Below the pieces are notes generated by a model. It saw only the letters and a program-made list of their open reading frames with translations. It was not told the origin of the DNA and ran no database searches. From Xanthomonas campestris pv. campestris str. ATCC 33913 (GTDB taxonomy: Bacteria; Pseudomonadota; Gammaproteobacteria; Xanthomonadales; Xanthomonadaceae), in the NCBI RefSeq assembly GCF_000007145.1, contig NC_003902.1, positions 2,546,497-2,578,496 on the forward strand: 32,000 bases of DNA. The letters are read 5' to 3'. Of the stretch, positions 28,951 through 32,000 are shown one piece after another (positions within the stretch are counted from its first letter, which is position 1; each line of letters opens with the position of its first letter). The translations under genes were made by a program, and so were the position numbers.

Positions 28951-29293
28951 CGTTACTCGCAGGGCGAAGGCGGCGCGCTCGGCGCCACTCCAGGAAAAGG
29001 ATAAGCAGCGGAGCGCAGAGCACTCCCGGCCACAACAAAAACGTTCCAATCAGCAGGTAGAGCATGCCGTAGAGCGCACTGGCCAGCAGTGTCGCCGACG
29101 CAACGCGCAACACAACGCGCTGCAGGTGTGCAGTGGCGCCAGATGCCAACAGCACCGGGGCCGATGCCACCAACAGATACATCAACGCGAAGAATGTCCA
29201 GCGATACAACACGGAAGACACCGCCAGCAATCCCAGCGCCACCACGGTCATTGCCGAGATGACCGCAAGATAGGCGAGCGAGGCCTTCCACAT
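28934..29293 (-). CDS. small hypothetical membrane protein (about 4 TM) between guaB and guaA
   Basis: 119 aa and hydrophobic throughout ([67 protein letters not shown]). The ATG lies 5 nt after the guaB stop, and the 3' end overlaps the guaA start by 17 nt. Codon third positions are less GC-biased than in neighbouring genes, and I recognise no family. Confidence 0.5.
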
Positions 29294-29298
29294 TCGAA

Positions 29299-30846
<1,548 letters not shown>

Positions 30847-30859
30847 CTACACCAACGGC

Positions 30860-31744
30860 TCAACCAGCCGCATCGGCCGCCTCGAGCGTGTTCTGCATCA
30901 GCGTGGCCACCGTCATCGGCCCCACCCCGCCCGGCACCGGGGTGATCCAGCCGGCGCGCTGCGCTGCGGCCTCGAACCCCACATCGCCGACCAGGCGCCC
31001 ATCGTCCAGGCGGTTGATGCCCACGTCGATGACCACCGCCCCAGGCTTGACCCATTCGCCCGGGATCAGCCCCGGCCGGCCCACCGCCACCACCAGGATG
31101 TCGGCGTTGCGCACGCTGGCTTCCAGCACATCCGGCGGGGTGAACTTGTGGCAGCTGGTCACCGTGCACCCGGCAATCAGCAGCTCCAGCCCCATCGGGC
31201 GGCCCACATGGTTACTCACCCCGACGATGGTGGCGTTGCGCCCGCGCACCGGCTGGTCGGTATGCGCCAGCAAGGTCACGATGCCGCGCGGGGTACACGG
31301 CCGCAAACCGAATTCGCGCAGCGCCAGATGCCCGACGTTCTGCGGATGGAACCCGTCCACGTCCTTGCGCGGGTCGATGCGCTGGATCAACCGGTTGGCA
31401 TCGGGAATGCCCGGCAGCGGCAACTGGATCAGGATGCCGTGGATCTTGGGATCGGTGTTGAGCTGGTCGATCAACGCGGCCAGCTCGGCTTCGGTGGTGC
31501 CTTGTGGCAGGTCGTAGTCGAAGGCCTCGATGCCCACTTTTTCGGCCGCACGGCGCTTGTTGCGCACATACACCGACGAAGCCGGATCGCCGCCTACCAG
31601 CACCACCGCCAGCCCGGGCCGGGTCTTGCCCGCCGCCAGGCGCGCATCCACGCGCAGCTTCAGACCGTCGAGCAATTCCTCGGCAATGCGGCGACCATCG
31701 AGGAGGCGGGCCGGAGCGAGGGCAGCTGGCGCGGGAGCGGTCAT
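30860..31744 (-). CDS. folD: bifunctional methylenetetrahydrofolate dehydrogenase / methenyltetrahydrofolate cyclohydrolase
   Basis: [41 protein letters not shown], and the C-terminal [18 protein letters not shown] are present. The protein is 294 aa. Confidence 0.96.
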   Translation of the reverse strand: MTAPAPAALAPARLLDGRRIAEELLDGLKLRVDARLAAGKTRPGLAVVLVGGDPASSVYVRNKRRAAEKVGIEAFDYDLPQGTTEAELAALIDQLNTDPKIHGILIQLPLPGIPDANRLIQRIDPRKDVDGFHPQNVGHLALREFGLRPCTPRGIVTLLAHTDQPVRGRNATIVGVSNHVGRPMGLELLIAGCTVTSCHKFTPPDVLEASVRNADILVVAVGRPGLIPGEWVKPGAVVIDVGINRLDDGRLVGDVGFEAAAQRAGWITPVPGGVGPMTVATLMQNTLEAADAAG

Positions 31745-31793
31745 GGGGCGTCAGGTGTAGAGTCGAAGGCCGTCTATTGTCCCCGATTCCGCC

Positions 31794-32000
31794 ATGACCG
31801 ACACCACTTCGATCGAAGCCGCCGCGTTCCGCCGCCTGCTGCAGCATCTCAACCAGGACCGCACCGACGTGCAGAACATCGACCTGATGATTCTTGCCGG
31901 CTTCTGCCGCAACTGCCTGGGCGACTGGTACCGCGAAGCCGCCGAGGCGCAAGGCCAACCCATGAGCAAGGAGCAGGCGCGCGAAGCGGTGTACGGCATG
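31794..32000 (+). CDS. DUF1244-family protein (5' part; runs off the window end)
   Basis: Absent from the track because it is open at the window edge. Manual translation from the ATG at 31794 gives MTDTTSIEAAAFRRLLQHLNQDRTDVQNIDLMILAGFCRNCLGDWYREAAEAQGQPMSKEQAREAVYGM. The NIDLM.LAGFCRNCL..WY motif matches my memory of DUF1244. It is divergent from folD with a 49-bp spacer. Confidence 0.75.
   Translation, partial: MTDTTSIEAAAFRRLLQHLNQDRTDVQNIDLMILAGFCRNCLGDWYREAAEAQGQPMSKEQAREAVYGM

Overview
High-GC (roughly 65%) chromosomal segment. Gene content and protein sequences look like Xanthomonas or close Xanthomonadaceae core genome; this is recognition from memory, not a search. I see no rRNA, tRNA, CRISPR array, transposase, integrase, phage gene or recognisable defence gene. 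Most of the window is housekeeping. In order: PspC-domain protein; a class III PHA synthase pair phaE-phaC with pssA, divergent from 3-hydroxybutyrate dehydrogenase; NUDIX and DUF1249 genes; ppsR/ppsA; an MscS-like channel; orn; tadA; mntR divergent from mntH with an ATAGC-N4-GCTAT operator; a haloperoxidase-type alpha/beta hydrolase; a decayed spacer holding an RND-pump fragment; an MFS transporter; guaB-guaA; folD; and a partial DUF1244 gene. Several long ORFs in the track are antisense shadow ORFs typical of high-GC DNA and are rejected. Two loci are the best candidates for something undescribed, and both are hypotheses only. (1) A four-gene minus-strand operon joined by 4-nt start/stop overlaps: a MarA-sized AraC regulator, a YcaC-like isochorismatase-family hydrolase, DoxX, and a Tat-exported amidohydrolase with a His/Cys-rich tail. 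(2) A sensory cluster on the plus strand: a propeller/Y_Y_Y histidine kinase, a NarL-type regulator, a Cache-HAMP protein with no output domain, and a 209-aa protein with a DUF4388-like N-terminus. Smaller oddities are a cluster of DnaA-box-like 9-mers in a convergent gap, a Tat signal grafted onto a normally cytoplasmic hydrolase with the ancestral start retained, a basic Ala/Pro/Lys tail on PhaE, a 13-bp inverted repeat pair upstream of the kinase, and a small membrane ORF wedged inside guaB-guaA.
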